The translations under genes were made by a program, and so were the position numbers. This document shows positions 11,482-24,458 of a stretch of DNA of 64,000 nucleotides, piece after piece (position 1 is the first letter of the stretch; every line of letters starts with the position of its first letter). The stretch lies in the NCBI RefSeq assembly GCF_028641065.1, contig NC_073407.1:21762001-21826000 (forward strand), given 5' to 3'. The notes beneath the pieces were generated by a model. That model saw only the letters and a list, made by a program, of their open reading frames with translations. It was not told the DNA's origin and did no database searches. The DNA comes from Leucoraja erinacea. Taxonomy: Eukaryota.

Positions 11482-11516
11482 AAAACGAGCCTCGCCTGCG
11501 AAGTTGGGGGCTATGC

Positions 11517-11629
11517 GTGAGTGGTGGAATATCGCGTCGGGGGAGCGGGTGAGTGGTGGAATCTTGTGTCGGGGGAGCGGGTGAGTGGTGGAATCTTGTG
11601 TCGGGGGAGCAGACCGAACTTGGTCTAGT
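11517..11629 (+). repeat. Three tandem 32-bp units ending in a possible Helitron-like 3' terminus
   Basis: gtgagtggtggaatcttgtgtcgggggagcgg x3, then ..acttggtctag|t. Confidence 0.6.
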
Positions 11630-11994
11630 GTTCTATAGATAAGAGAGAAACTGCGGATGATTACACAAATGCAGTGTATCAATTGAAGTCCAGTTTAAGA
11701 GTGATTTAAGACAGCCCGTGTTTGCCCCCATTGAACAGGTTAATTTAGAAGTTTTGGGCTCAATTTGAAATCTAGTGCTTTGTTAGGGAGTGCAGAAAGT
11801 GCTGGTGATACTCAGCAGGTAAGGCACTGTTATAAGAGAAACAGCCAACGTTTCACGTCAATCTGAAACATTAACTCTGCTTTCCTCATCACAGATGCTG
11901 CCTGACCTTTCCACTTTGTTTAGTTTCTATTTTAGATTTCCAGCATCTGCAGGTGAATTAATCCCTGGGAAACATTTTGTCGTCTTAACACGGT

Positions 11995-12297
11995 TACACG
12001 GTGTCGCAGCGGTTGAGTTGCTGCCGTCCAGCGCCAGAGACCTGGGTTCGATCCTGGCTACGGGTGCTTGTCTGTACGGAGTTTGTACCTTCTCCCCGTG
12101 ACCGCGTGGGTTTTCTCCGAGATGTTCGATGTCCTCCCACACTCCAAAGGCGTACAGGTTTGTAGCTTAATTGGCTTGGTATAAATGCACAAGTTGTCCT
12201 TTGTGTGTTGAAGTGCGGGGATTGCTGGTTGGTGTGTACTCACTCGGTGGGCCGAAGGGCCTGTTTCTGCGCTGTATCTCTAAACTAAACTAAACTG
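11995..12297 (+). mobile_element. V-SINE (HE1-like)
   Basis: tRNA-like head, V-domain, (ctaaa)n tail. Confidence 0.85.
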
Positions 12298-12626
12298 ATG
12301 GAGCCATGTTTGGGTGTGGAACACACAGGCTAAACTGTAGATCAAAAGGATTTTTGATTTAAGCATTAAATTGTTAATGACCACCTCAGCGACAAAACAG
12401 GGCTATGTTACAGCTCGTAGCAAATGTTTAATTCAATCAATCAACAGGTTCTTGCCCGTCCTGGAAGATTATCTGTTCCTAACAAATAAGAATTATTTAG
12501 ATGATTGGACCCCTTTTGTGTATTTCATTATATGGAACAGAGAACATTACAGGAACAAGCATTTCAACCCACAAAGTCTGTGCTGAACTAATCTCCTCAG
12601 CCTGCACATGATCCATATCCGTCCCT

Positions 12627-13268
12627 TCATAGAAACATAGAAAATAGGTGCAGGAGTAGAGGCCATTCGGCCCTTCGAGCCTGCACCGCCATTCGATATG
12701 ATCATGGCTGATCATCCAACTCAGTATCCCATCCCTGCCTTCTCTCCATAACCCCTTGATCCCTTTAGCCACAAGGGCCACATCTAACTCCCTCTTAAAT
12801 ATAGCCAATGAACTGGCCTCAACTACCTTCTGTGGCAGAGAATTCCACAGATTCACCACTCTCTATGTGAAAAATGATTTTCTCATCTCGGTCCTAAAAG
12901 ACTTCCCTCTTATCCTTAAACTGTGACTCCTAGTTCTGGACTTCCCCAACATCGGGAATAATCTTCCTGCATCTAGCCTGCCCAACCCCTTAAGAATTTT
13001 GTAAGTTTCTATAAGATTCCCCCTCAATCTTCTAAATTCTAGCGAGTACAAGCTGTGTCTATCCAGTCTTTCTTCATGTGAAAGTCCTGCCATCCCAGGA
13101 ATCAGTCTGGTGATCCTTCTCTGTACTCCCTCTATGGCAAGAATGTCTTTCCTCAGATTAGGAGACCAAAACTGTACGCAATACTCCAGGTGTGGTCTCA
13201 CCAAGACCCTGTACAACTGCAGTAGAACCTCCCTGCTCTTATACTCAAATCCTTTTGCTATGAATGCC
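12627..13268 (-). mobile_element. Young CR1 (HER1-like) LINE 3' fragment
   Basis: ORF 12863-13273 is an RT C-terminus (LYRVLVRPHLEYCVQFWSP..RRLRGNLIETYKIL); (tttctatg)n tail. Confidence 0.92.
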
Positions 13269-13674
13269 AACATACGATTTGCTTCACTGCATATCCATGT
13301 GTCTCTCCAGTGGCCTCTTTAACGCCACTATCATATCTGCCTCCACCAACACCCCCGGCAAGCGCGTTCCAGGCACCCACCACCCTCTTTGTAGAAAACG
13401 TTCCCCGAACATCTCCTTTAAACTTTGCCCTGTTCGCTTTAAACCTTTGCCCTCTAGTCTTTGACATTTTCACCCTGGGAACGACCACGGTTCTGTTACT
13501 TAATTCGCAATGGGGAGAAGTTGTGAAGACTGCCGTTAAAATGGAACGTGCACACATTTGGGTATCAATGTGTTCGAAAAATTTACAGGAAAGTCATACG
13601 ATTCACGTGAATTGCATCAAATTATTTGTGCAAGCTTTTATTTTATATTGCATTGAGTTTTGCAACTTTTGTAA

Positions 13675-13870
13675 ACGGCCTGCTGTCCCACTTGGCCGAT
13701 TTTTTTCGGCAACTGCCGGCATCATTGACCGACGTACCAGGTTACCGGAAACTTTGCGGTCTGGCGCGGCACGACTACGTATGGACGCGCGGTATTTTTT
13801 CCAAGTGTCGTAACATTTTTTTTGTTGCCGCTGGATTTTGAAACTTTCGAACAAATACAGTCGATAGAGG
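13675..13870. mobile_element. Truncated Harbinger-like MITE
   Basis: taa|acggcc..tgtcccacttggccgattttttt left end; related to 14764-14960 and to the left half of 43455-43665. Confidence 0.55.
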
Positions 13871-14127
13871 GGAAACCGGAGGGAAGAATGAGTTTGTGGA
13901 ATTCTGAGCTCTCTGTACAGGCATGTTTTGTTCTAACGCAAAGCTCTTCAAAAAGGTGTTTTGTTTAGTATTGTTTTGCATAAAGCAGTAATTCTAGCCG
14001 CCAAATTTTTCATGCAGGTTTTGTCAACAAAGGCAGTGATTAAACCCTTACCTCTAATTTCCCAAATTATCATTTATTTAACTGCTGATCTTCAACTTTG
14101 CTTAACTATTTACTCACCAGATGTGCT

Positions 14128-14586
14128 ACATAGAAACATAGAAAATAGGTGCAGGAGTAGGCCATTCGGCCCTTCGAGCCTGCACCGCCATTCAATATGA
14201 TCATGGCTGATCATCCAACTCAGTATCCTGTACCTGCCTTCTCTCCATTCCCCCTGATACCTTTAGCCACAAGGGCCACATAACTCCCTCTTACATATAG
14301 CCAATGAACTGTGGCCTCAACTACCTTCTCTGGCAGAGAATTCCAGAGATTCACCACTCTCTGTATGAAAAATGTTTTTCTCATCTCGGTCCTAAAAGAT
14401 TTCCCCCTTATCCTTAAACTGTGTGACCCCTTGTTCTGGACTTCCCCAACATCGGGAACAATCTTCCTGCATCTAGCCTGTCCAACCCCTTAAGAATTGT
14501 GTAAGTTTCTATAAGATCCCCCCCCCTCAATCTTCTAAATTCTAGCGGGTACAAGCCGAGACTATCCAGTCTTTCTTCATATGAAA
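14128..14586 (-). mobile_element. Young CR1 LINE 3' fragment
   Basis: Near-identical to 12627-13100; same tail repeats. Confidence 0.9.
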
Positions 14587-14596
14587 AGTTCCTAAA

Positions 14597-15195
14597 TTAG
14601 GACCAGCGCCTCATATTTCACTTGGGCAGCTTACACCCCAACCGGATGAATCTTGATTTCTCCAACTTCTCCAAGTAGCTATCGCATCCCGTCTCCCTCC
14701 GTCCCACGCCCAACGCTAGCCGTCGTTCTACTTTCCCTGTCATACTGTTGAGTGCCTGTATAAAGGGCCTGTCTCATTTGCTGATTTTTTTCAGCGACTG
14801 CCAAGTCATATCAGGTCACCGAAAAATTTGTGGCGTGATGACGTATTGACGAGCGGTGGGTTTTTTTTTAGAGTCGCAACATTTTTTTTGTCGCGGCCGA
14901 AATGTTCAAAATCTTTTGGCGGAACCGATATGACGCCGGCAGTCGCCGAAAAAAATCTCCACCATCACCTACCCCACAGCCAACAATGGACCATTGTGGG
15001 CTCCACCTCTCCTTGATCATCGTTGCTTTTTGCCTATCTCTCGTTCATTTGCTCTATCTACCTTCTACAGTACATCTCTCGTTTCCCTCCCCCTTGACCC
15101 TCAGCCTCGACCCAAAATGTCACCAATTCCCTTTCTCCAGAGATGCTGCCTGACCCGTTGATTTACTCCGGCATTTTGTGTCTATCTTCGGTGCT
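14597..15195 (+). mobile_element. PLE 3' end (GIY-YIG tail plus 3' UTR), interrupted by a Harbinger-like MITE at about 14764-14960
   Basis: ..QRLIFHLGSLHPNRMNLDFSN.. followed by the PLE UTR cagccaacaatggaccattgtgggctccacc and the standard tail. Confidence 0.7.
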
Positions 15196-15582
15196 AAATC
15201 GGACAGCTGAAGGGAAACACAGCGAGCGCCTTTCTTTTATGTTTCACGAATTAAGGTAGCAGCCTCGGGTTTTGGACGTGTGCTTTGATCTAACGACAGC
15301 TACAAACAGCCTGAGAATATCGTCGAACGTGTCAGTGTGCTGACGAGGTTCGCCTGCCAAAAACGCCACTTTTAACCTCTTCCATATTCAACCTAAAGCT
15401 GCTAAAAGGGGGCAAGAAACCCATGTCACAATACATTGGCTCCTAAAGCAACAGCAAGGATTCAGAAAATGTAGAATTAATAAACACTGCAGTCTGAAGA
15501 AGGCTCTAGGGCCAGAAACGTCACCTATCCTTTATCTCCAGAGATGCTGCCCGAACAATTGAGTTACTCAAGCACTTGGTTT

Positions 15583-15772
15583 GTTTCAGAAAGAACTGCA
15601 GATGTTGGAAAAATCGAAGGTAGACAAAAATGCTGGAGAAACTCAGCGGGTGAGGCAGCATCTATGGAGCGAAGGAAATAGGTGACGTTTCGGGAGACCC
15701 GAAACGTCACCTATTCCTTCGCTCCATAGATGCTGCCTCACCCGCTGAATTTCTCCAGCATTTTTGTCTACC
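15583..15772. mobile_element. Palindromic PLE-derived insert
   Basis: Long inverted arms; flanking agcactt(g/a)gttt duplication at 15571 and 15773. Confidence 0.75.
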
Positions 15773-15779
15773 AGCACTT

Positions 15780-16022
15780 AGTTTAGTTAGTTTAGAGATC
15801 ACGCGTGGAAACAGGCCATTCGGCCCACCGATCTGCAATCCCCGAACACACGCTATCCTCCACACACTAGGGTCAATTTACATTTATACCAAGCCAATTA
15901 ACTCACAAATCTGTACGCCTTTAGAGTGCGAAGCTCTCGGAGAAAACCCACGCAAGTCACGGGGAGAACGTACGAACTCCGTACAGACAAGCACCTGTAA
16001 TCTGGACCGAACCTGGATCTCT
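15780..16022 (-). mobile_element. V-SINE (HE1-like), partial
   Basis: Reverse (ctaaa)n tail and V-domain. Confidence 0.8.
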
Positions 16023-16025
16023 GAT

Positions 16026-16155
16026 CTGAAGAAGGGTCTCGACCCGAAACGTCGCCTATTTCCTTCGCCCCATAGATGCTGCCTCACCCACTGAGTTTCT
16101 CCAGCATTTTTGTCTACCTTCGATTTTCCAGCATCTGCAGTTCCTTCTTAAACGT
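16026..16155 (+). mobile_element. PLE 3' tail with intact hammerhead core (16026-16053)
   Basis: ctgaagaagggtctcgacccgaaacgtc followed by the standard tail. Confidence 0.7.
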
Positions 16156-16167
16156 GATGTGTAATTA

Positions 16168-16395
16168 TGCCCCTGTCCCACTTAGGAAACCTGAACGGAA
16201 ACGTCTGGAGACTTTGCACCCCACCCAAGGTTTCCGAGCGGTTCCCGGAGGTTTTTGTCCATCTCCCTACTTGCTTCCGCTACCTGCAACCTCCGGCAAC
16301 CACCTGCAACCTCCGGGAACCGCACGGAAACCTTGGGTGGGGCGCAAAGTCTCCAGAGGTTTCCGTTCAGGTTTCCTAAGTGGGACACAGGGGCT
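16168..16395. mobile_element. Harbinger-like MITE, nearly perfect hairpin
   Basis: TIR gcccctgtcccacttaggaaacctgaacggaaac extending about 90 bp; flanked by tta/taa. Confidence 0.8.
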
Positions 16396-16424
16396 TAATG
16401 ATATATTAACGTCACATGACCAGA

Positions 16425-17005
16425 GATACATTACAGAATAGTGAAAGGCTTGGATAGAGTGGATGTGGAGAGGATGTTTCCACTAGTGGGAGAGTCTCGG
16501 ACCAGAGGTCACAGCCTCTGAATTAAGACGTTCTTTTAGGAAGGAGATGAGGGGGGAATTTCTTTAGTCAGAGGGTGGTGAACCTGTGGAATTCTTGGCC
16601 ACAGAAGGCTGTGGAGGCCAAGTCAGTGGATATTTTTAAGGCAGAGATAGATAGATTATTGATTAGTACCGGGCTATGGGAAGGGTTCCCAACCTGGGGT
16701 AAATCTCGCCTACCCAGGGGGTACATTTATTGATTGTGGATTTGTACATATTTGTTCTCATTGACTGACTGTGTTTGGTTCTGGTATACCGGTATCTGTT
16801 CATCATTAGTTGTTCATAAATAACATTGCTATGTGCTATTAAAGTTGCCAGGGGTAAACGGGACGAAAAAGGTTGGGGACCCCTGGGCTATAGGGAGAAG
16901 GCAGGAGAATGGGGTTAGGAGGGAGAGATAGATCAGCCATGATTGACTGGCGGAGTAGACTTGATGGGCCAAATGGCCTAATTCTGCTCCTATCACTTAT
17001 GATCT
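16425..17005 (+). mobile_element. CR1 LINE 3' fragment containing a hAT MITE
   Basis: ETY.RIVKGLDRVDVERMFPLVGESRTRGHSL.. plus 3' UTR. Confidence 0.85.
16680..16885. mobile_element. hAT (Charlie-like) MITE
   Basis: TIRs ..gggttcccaacct / aggttggggacccctg; 8-bp TSD ggctatgg (16672-16679) / ggctatag (16886-16893). Confidence 0.75.
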
Positions 17006-17414
17006 TATGATACCGTGATAAGTTTTTGTGTGTAAGCAGACCCTAACATCAAAGATGATCTTATTCACCAAAGGATCTTTGGCAACTAACCAAGCAACTT
17101 CTACCGAGATATTTGATACAGCGCAGAGAAATACAATAGTTTTGTCAAGCATTTGTATTTTGTAACATTTACAAATTAAATGCATTTGATTATATACTAT
17201 TAAAGGATTAGATGAAAGTTGTTTGTGTGTGTGAATTATTAATAGATCAGATAGTAGCCTTGTGCATTTCACTGCTGCGAGATTAATTCATGAATCATGT
17301 CATGACTGGCCCTGGTTCAAAGAGAGAATGAGAGGCATCCTTGTGTATCAGTCAAGGTTCATTCAAGTTCTCTTGGGCACCTTAATTCACTCAGCATTAA
17401 TAACATGCTGCTGA

Positions 17415-17842
17415 CACCCCCTCCCCCACCCCAGTCGTCCTGCTAGCTTCACTGTTCATATCCTTTTCGCTATCACCTCTCCACAGCCAACAATGGACCA
17501 TTGTGGGCTCCTTGGCTATCGGTGCCAGCTCTGATCTGTTCTGTACCTTTTCTTACCTCTAGTCTCCCTCTCCCCCGATTCTCAGCCTGAAGAAGGGTCT
17601 CGACCCGAAACGTCACCCATTCATAGAAACATAGAAACATAGAAAATAGGTGCAGGAGGAGGCCATTCGGCCCTTTGAGCCAGCACCGCCATTCATGGTA
17701 ATCATGGCTGATCGTCCCCTATCAATAACCCGTGCCTGCCTTCTCCCCATATCCCTTGACTCCACTAGCCCCTAGAGCTCTATCTAACATTCCCTCTCTC
17801 CAGAGATGCTGCCTGACCTGCTGAGTTACTCCTGCATTGTGT
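17415..17842 (+). mobile_element. PLE 3' UTR with intact hammerhead core (17587-17614), interrupted by an inverted CR1 tail (about 17622-17788)
   Basis: PLE UTR motifs; cattc duplicated around the CR1 tail. Confidence 0.7.
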
Positions 17843-18734
17843 GCCCAGTACCATCGCTAAAGGACAGACCATCTCACTGCTGTTTAACGCTGCGTGTAAT
17901 AGACTTACTGTAGTTCTGCCCGCGTGCAGAAAACAGTGGCAAACCTTCCAAAAATACCTAAGTGGCTATAAAAATTCCGTGTTGTCTTTAAGCATGGGGA
18001 GAGGCAGATCAGAAATGCAAGCTCTTCATTTCTATTTCAAGATGAACTACAGAAGCAATAATGAGCTCCAGAGATTCAAGCCAAGTTTAGCTTCTTAAAA
18101 GATTTCTTCTTGGCATGCAAGCCGATGGAAAGACAGCATTTATTGCCCGTTCCTGGCTGAACCGTTTGGAGTCAACCACATCGTGTGGGTTAGAGTTTCG
18201 TGCAGACAAAACCTCTTGGTTATCTTTTGTGGCACCCAGAGCGCTCTGTTTTTAATCCATTGACTAACAAGCCACTGCAGCCAGTTTTCTATTATACTAC
18301 CTCTGCTGTCTGCTCAATTACTACAGCCCCAACGATGGCAGAGAGTCATCCAAGGAGACAAGGGCCAAGCATCAAGAGCCCAGTTGCACGCCAGAGATGC
18401 TGCCTGTCCCGCTGAGTTACTCCAGCTTCTTGTGCCTATCTTCGTTCTGTCCATGTTCCCATCAAGAACCCTCCAGATTTTCACCCACTCAGCCACTCAG
18501 CCAATTTACGGTGGCCAAATAACCTACCAACTCAAACATCTTTGGGACAAGGAAGGAAACTGGAAATCCCAGAGGAAATCAACATCGTCACGGGTGGATC
18601 ACGCAAACTCCTCATAGACAGCACCAGAGGCCAGGATTGAACTCAAGTCGCTGGAGTTGCTGTGCTACTGTGCTACTGTTAATCAGACAGCCTCCAAGCT
18701 GGGAGATCTCACTGTGCTCTATTCCAATCAAGAT

Positions 18735-19012
18735 GGAAACAGGCCCACTCAGTCCAGGCCAACCATCGATCACCAGTTCATGCCAGTTCTACATCAACCC
18801 ACACAATAGGGGCAGGCCATTCACAGAGGGCCAACTAACCTACTAACCCTCACGCCTTTGGGATGTGGGAGAAAACCGCAGCACCCAGCGGAAACGCACA
18901 TGGTCACAGGGAGAACATGCAAACTCCACACAGACAGCACCCGAGGTCAGGATCGAACCCGGATCTCCGGGGCTGTGAGGCAGCAGCTCTACCAGCTGTG
19001 CCACTGTGCTGC
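18735..19012 (-). mobile_element. V-SINE (HE1-like)
   Basis: Reverse-complement head, V-domain and tail. Confidence 0.8.
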
Positions 19013-19554
19013 CCATACAAAACATACACGCACAGATGGAACTGAAATGGACCTAGAGGGGGTGGAGTATCAAATTAGTATTGGGGGGGGGATAGACACA
19101 GAATGCTGGAGTAACTCAGCGGGACAGGCAGCATCTCTGGAGAGAAGGAATAGGTGATGTTTCGGGTGGAGACCCTTCTTCAGACTGAGAGGCTTGACCC
19201 ATTCCTTCTCTCCAGAGACGTTGCCTGCCCCACCGGGTTACTCCAGCATTTTGTGTCTATCTTTGGTGTAAACCAGCATCTGCAGTTCCTTCCTACACAT
19301 TAGAGTTGGGTGGGATGGGCATGTGGGCAAAGTCTGCTTGTCCTGGACCCCCATTATGTTTGCGGTCATGCCCACGGGCGGAAGTACCCCACCCTGCACC
19401 CAGAAACACTCCACCTCCACACACTTTTCTGCAGAAATGTTTGCAAAGGCCAACTTGGGGTTTTGCTCTTGAGAGCTCGGACAGCAACCTGGGAAATCAT
19501 TCCCGCCTCCCTGTTCTGGCAGATTCACGTAACCCTGAAGCGCTCCATGTTTAG

Positions 19555-19867
19555 GGTGGCACAGAGGCACGTCAGGTGGAGCTGACACCTCGCATCCTGA
19601 CCTCGTGTGCTGTTGGTGTGGAGTTTGCACGTTCTCTCCGTGACTGCTTGGGAGTTTCCTCCGGGTGCTCCGGTTTCCTCCCACATCCCAAAGACGTGCA
19701 GAGTTGTAGAGTAATAGGGCCCTCTGTAAAAATTGCCCTCAGTGAGTAACAAAACTGGGTGCAAAAGTGAGATAGCATAGACCTAGTGCGAACGGGTGAT
19801 CGATGATCAGGATGGATTCAATGGGCCGAAGGGCCTGTTTCGCTGCTGTACCTCTAAACTAAACTAA
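19555..19867 (+). mobile_element. V-SINE (HE1-like)
   Basis: V-domain gtggagtttgcacgttctctccgtgac and (ctaaa)n tail. Confidence 0.75.
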
Positions 19868-20021
19868 GCCACAAATCTGCTTGCCATGAGGTGCTGGCTG
19901 CATCAAGTCTGGTATTGATCAAATGAGCAACTTTGGAAGTAAAACAGAAAGAGAACAAAGGCTGGCAGAGTTGCTTCAGCTGCAGATTCAAGGCAGGAGG
20001 AGGGAGTGAAAATTCTATTTG

Positions 20022-20338
20022 GGTGGCACGGTGGCGCCACAGTAGAGCCTCTGCCTTACAGCGCCAGAGACCCGGGTTCGATCCTGACCACGGGCGCTGT
20101 CTGTACAGAGTTTGCACGTTCTCCCCGTGACCTGCGTGGGTTTTCCTCCAAGATCTTCGGTTTCCTCCCACACGGTACAGGTTTGTAGGTTAATCAGCTT
20201 GGTATGAATGTAAAACTTGTCCCTAGTGTGTGCAGGGCGGTGTTAATGTGCGGGGAATCGCAGGTCAACGCAGACTCGGTGGGTCCGAGGGGACCTGTTT
20301 CTGCTCTGTGTCTCTAAACTAAACTAAACTAAACTAAA
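20022..20338 (+). mobile_element. V-SINE (HE1-like), full length
   Basis: ggtggcacggtggcg head to (ctaaa)5 tail. Confidence 0.85.
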
Positions 20339-21099
20339 CAAGTGAGATGCAGGCACACACATAACTAAACTCTGCTTGGGAAGAGTTAGTGCTCACAGCC
20401 CAGCACCAGAATCCCGTTGAGAGGGGTTAGAACTCACAGTAATTAGATTCTTATTGAGAGGACTGCGAGTCTCAGGACAACTATAAATACACTCTCCAAA
20501 TAATTTAATACCACAACGACGCAATAATAGCTAACAGCAGGATTTCTGAAAAAATCCTGCTCCTACCTTTCACATTTTAACACTCTGTGATTTGGGAAAA
20601 GCTGCACACAGAGACTGGTCTCTCTGAAAGTTAAAAGTTATACAAATATATACAGCTACAAGTAATTATTTGCATGTTATCCAACAATCTCTGGCAGCCA
20701 GCTGGCTGGATTAAACTGTACATTAGAACATTAACCCAAACTCTCCTGAGAGCGATTCTCTCCCTCTCTCCATTTTCATTTCTACCAGCCTGCACTCCGT
20801 CTGTATTCCCCCTTTCTCTCTGCCTCTCATGTTCTCTCTTTCACTCTCTCCCTCTTGCACTTTCCCTCTCCCTCTCTCTATTTTTATTCTCTGCCCATCC
20901 CTCCTCCTCAGTTTCTCCCTGCTTTCCTTTTGCCTCTTAGCGTCTCTAACCTCCTCTCCCTGTCACCGAAGGAGGGGCAGTGCTGAGGGAGTGCTATTGC
21001 AAATAAAATGCTTACATGAGCAGTAAAGCTGAAGCTCTGTGTGCCTCTCACATGGACTCTGAAGTCCATACTATTTGAAGTTGGTACCAAGGTTGTTGA

Positions 21100-21760
21100 C
21101 AGGGGGCGGAAATCGCTATCAAAACATGGGGGGGGACACAATTTCTTGGTAGCCGCACACACACACGCGCATGCGCACGCACGGCTTCAGCCATGGGCCC
21201 TGTGGATGGCAACATCGGGAACTGACCTGGTTGGTGACCGACTCCGAACTCCAGCAACAGCAGCTTCGTCTACCCCGAATCGTGGGGCTTGAATCGGCCC
21301 ATTCGCGGGGCCTTTCATCGCCCGGCGCGGCTTCCAAATCTGCCGGCGGGTGCCTCATCGGGAACCTCGATGCAGCAGTTTGATTTTAAGCCGCAACGGG
21401 AGATGAAAGGCCCCGCGAACGGGCCGATTCAAGCTGCACTCTATGATCTTTGCTCCACCGGGATGTCTCCCTCCCCCAATCACCACACTCTATCCTCAGT
21501 CCCACCCCCTTACATCCGCCTCTGACTGACACCTCCCTCCTCCAATCATCACACTGAATCATCATGTCCCGCCCCCCCCTCCCCCCACTGCCCGCTGACC
21601 GATGTCTCTCTCGTCCAATCAGCGCCCTCGACCATCAGTCCCACCTCCACTGTCTCGCGGAAAGCAGAGATTTTTTTTCACCGAATTTCAAAATCCGGAT
21701 TACAAAACATGGGGGCGGGGGGATTGTTCCCCACTTCTCAAAACATGAAGGGGACGTGCT
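21100..21760. mobile_element. GC/CpG-rich hAT-like non-autonomous element
   Basis: Starts caggggcggaaatc; repeated subterminal aaaacatggggggg motifs at both ends; right end disrupted by a PLE insert; TSD not resolved. Confidence 0.4.
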
Positions 21761-21764
21761 CTGT

Positions 21765-21900
21765 ACCATCTCTATCTCTCGTTCCCCTTTCCCCTGACTC
21801 TCAGTCTGAAGAAGGGTCTCGACCCGAAACGTCACCTATTCCTTTTCTCCAGAGATGCCGCCTGCCCCGCTGAGTTACCTCCAGCTTTTGGTGTCTGTTT
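21765..21900 (+). mobile_element. PLE 3' tail with intact hammerhead core (21806-21833)
   Basis: cccctgactctcagtctgaagaagggtctcgacccgaaacgtcacctattcc. Confidence 0.72.
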
Positions 21901-23215
21901 GGGGTTGGTTAGGGGTGGGGTAGAGACCCCGTGGCCCCCTCTCTTTGACACCCTCAATCCAAGTGTGTCCTAGGCTCCAGTTCCACCAATCTGTGGGCAT
22001 TCTCTGTGGACTTGTAAGACCGTGTGGGACAGGGCGAGCCATTGGCTAACATCTGGTACACGGCTTCGTTCAAAGGCTTTCAACAACCCTCCAGTTTCAA
22101 GGTTAGCTTCACTCTGCGATAATTAGGCACCACTGCCACATCTGAGCACCACATGCAGGTCCCCACAGCGATGGGTCATAATCGTCCTTCGCTGGAACAT
22201 CAAAGTCCTATTAATCACGGGATCAGAGTGGCGGATCCCAGGCCTGGCATTGACTCAGCCCCTTCAGCCTAATGCCGTCTCCTCCCTCTGCTGCATAGAG
22301 CAGCTCTCAACTCAAACCATGGGTGACCATACCATCTTCACTGCTGGTGTCCCACCAACTCCCCCCCCACCCCACACCCACCGCACTTTCCCAAAGGACA
22401 AGAAAAGGGCAATTCACCTCCGGACTCACTGGTGATGCCCAAATCGGGTGCAGCAGTAAAGTTGCTGCCCAACGCCGCCAGAGACCAGAGTTCGATTCTG
22501 ACTACGGGTCTGTGCGGAGTTTGCACGTTCTCCCCGGGACTGCGTGGGTTTCCTTCAGCTGTGCCAGATTCCTCCCACACTCTAAAGACGTACAGGTTTG
22601 GAGGTTAACTATCTACGGTAAAGATTGTAAATGGTCCCTCGTGTGCCTGGGATAGCGTTAGTGCATGGATGGAGTCCAGCTACTGACCGCGTTCACCCTT
22701 GAATTGCTTCACCCATATTTTGATCCAAATGGATTTTGACGTCTTGATCAGTCGTTACACCCCAAAATATGTTTTAACAGTTTATGCACAGCCATAAGTA
22801 ATGAGACATAGGACAGAATTAGGCCATTCAGCCCATCGACTCTACTCGGCCATTCAATCATGGTCGATCCATTTTCCCCTCTCAACCTCATTCTCCCGCA
22901 TTCTCCCTGTAATCAGTGATACCCTTCCTAAACAGGGTCCTATCAATCTCCGCCTTAAGATACCCATAAGATTCCTGGACTGAACTCTCCAATGGGGATG
23001 TTTGGTAACATGCACTCATTATTCCTTTTAAAATATTTATCCGATTTCCATTTGAAAGTTACTGTTGAATCCGATCACGTTGCCTTTTATACCGCGTGCC
23101 CTGGCCGAGAACGGCTCACTGTGCGATAAGACTGTTCCTTCACCCCGCTTCTGCCTCCAGTTACAAACCCTTCCTGCTGTTGGAACATTAACCACCTCTA
23201 CTGGCCCCCCCTTCA

Positions 23216-23574
23216 AGCCCCTGTCCCACTGCACCAGGTAATTCACGAGTTCTCCCGAGTTTTCCCCTGATTCGAACTCGGAGAATGTCCGTAGCGGGTC
23301 CGTGGGAGTTCGTGGATGTCTCGTAGCGGCTCGTACGAGTAAAAAGTAACCATTTTATTCATCACGAGTATTTTTCTTACTCGTAAACGTTTTTTAAATG
23401 AATGAAAAAGCCGTCGCGAGTTTACCGGAATGTCCCGAGTACCAACCGTTAGCATTGCGAGCCGCTACGGGACATCCACAAACTCCTATGGACCCGCTAT
23501 GGACATTCTCCGAGTTCGAATCGGGGAAAAGTCTGGAGAACTCGTGAATTACCTCGTACAGTGGGACAGGGGCT
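23216..23574. mobile_element. Harbinger-like MITE, long hairpin
   Basis: TIR agcccctgtcccactg(c/t)ac.aggtaattcacgagttctcc with inverted symmetry over more than 110 bp. Confidence 0.8.
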
Positions 23575-23738
23575 TAACTCTCTTTTGCACTTGGGAAAAC
23601 AATTGTGGCCCTTTGCAGTTTCGGCCCAGTAACTGGCACGCTCAGTATCTCATCGACAGATCCCCCTTGGCCCTTCCGAAAGCTGCTTCAAAAAGACACT
23701 GCGTTAATAATCTCCTGGTTGTACTCTCCCTGCAGCAC

Positions 23739-23915
23739 NNNNNNNNNNNNNNNNNNNNNNNNNNNNNNNNNNNNNNNNNNNNNNNNNNNNNNNNNNNNNN
23801 NNNNNNNNNNNNNNNNNNNNNNNNNNNNNNNNNNNNNNNNNNNNNNNNNNNNNNNNNNNNNNNNNNNNNNNNNNNNNNNNNNNNNNNNNNNNNNNNNNNN
23901 NNNNNNNNNNNNNNN
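23739..23915. other. Assembly gap (N)
   Basis: Run of N, 28 nt from the exon 4 boundary. Confidence 1.
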
Positions 23916-23943
23916 TTGCAGTGTGGACGCGGCATGGTCTTAC

Positions 23944-24106
23944 CTGGAAGACATCTTCATCCAGTATCCTGGTGCCGAACACCACGATGCCGTTCGTGTC
24001 AATCACCGGCCGCTTGCTCCTGTTCAAGGGCTGAGTCAACGTCTTGGTGCAGTCCACAATCATGGTGACCGTTTTCTTGTGAACGCTGATTGCAACTCGG
24101 TGCCAC
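23944..24106 (-). CDS. Type V/XI fibrillar collagen alpha chain, exon 4 (TSPN domain)
   Basis: Encodes [54 protein letters not shown]. Acceptor gtgttgtgtcctggcag, donor CAG|GTAAGA. Length 163 bp, as recalled for COL11A1/COL5A1/COL11A2 exon 4; phase 2-0. Confidence 0.96.
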
Positions 24107-24458
24107 CTGCCAGGACACAACACACAATCCACCGGTCACCTTTGAAACCTGTAACCCCGGCCTAACGAGATCCACAGAGGAGCTCACACACCTCCAGCCA
24201 ACAGAGTTGGGCTGAAGTGGAACCGTTAATGCTCCTCCGTTGCCTTGTCCCGCCTTCTGAGGTGGGCAACTTGGTTGACCATCCCATCTCCCTGACTGTG
24301 CACAGGCTACACATGGGTCCTCAATGCAAAGAGAGCTTAGTTGGCGTTAGTGCATTGCTTCACTTTAGAGATACAGTGTGGAAACAGGCCCTTCGGCCCA
24401 CCAGATTCATGCAGACCAATGATCACCCATACACCAGGTATTTTAGAAAGAACTGCAG

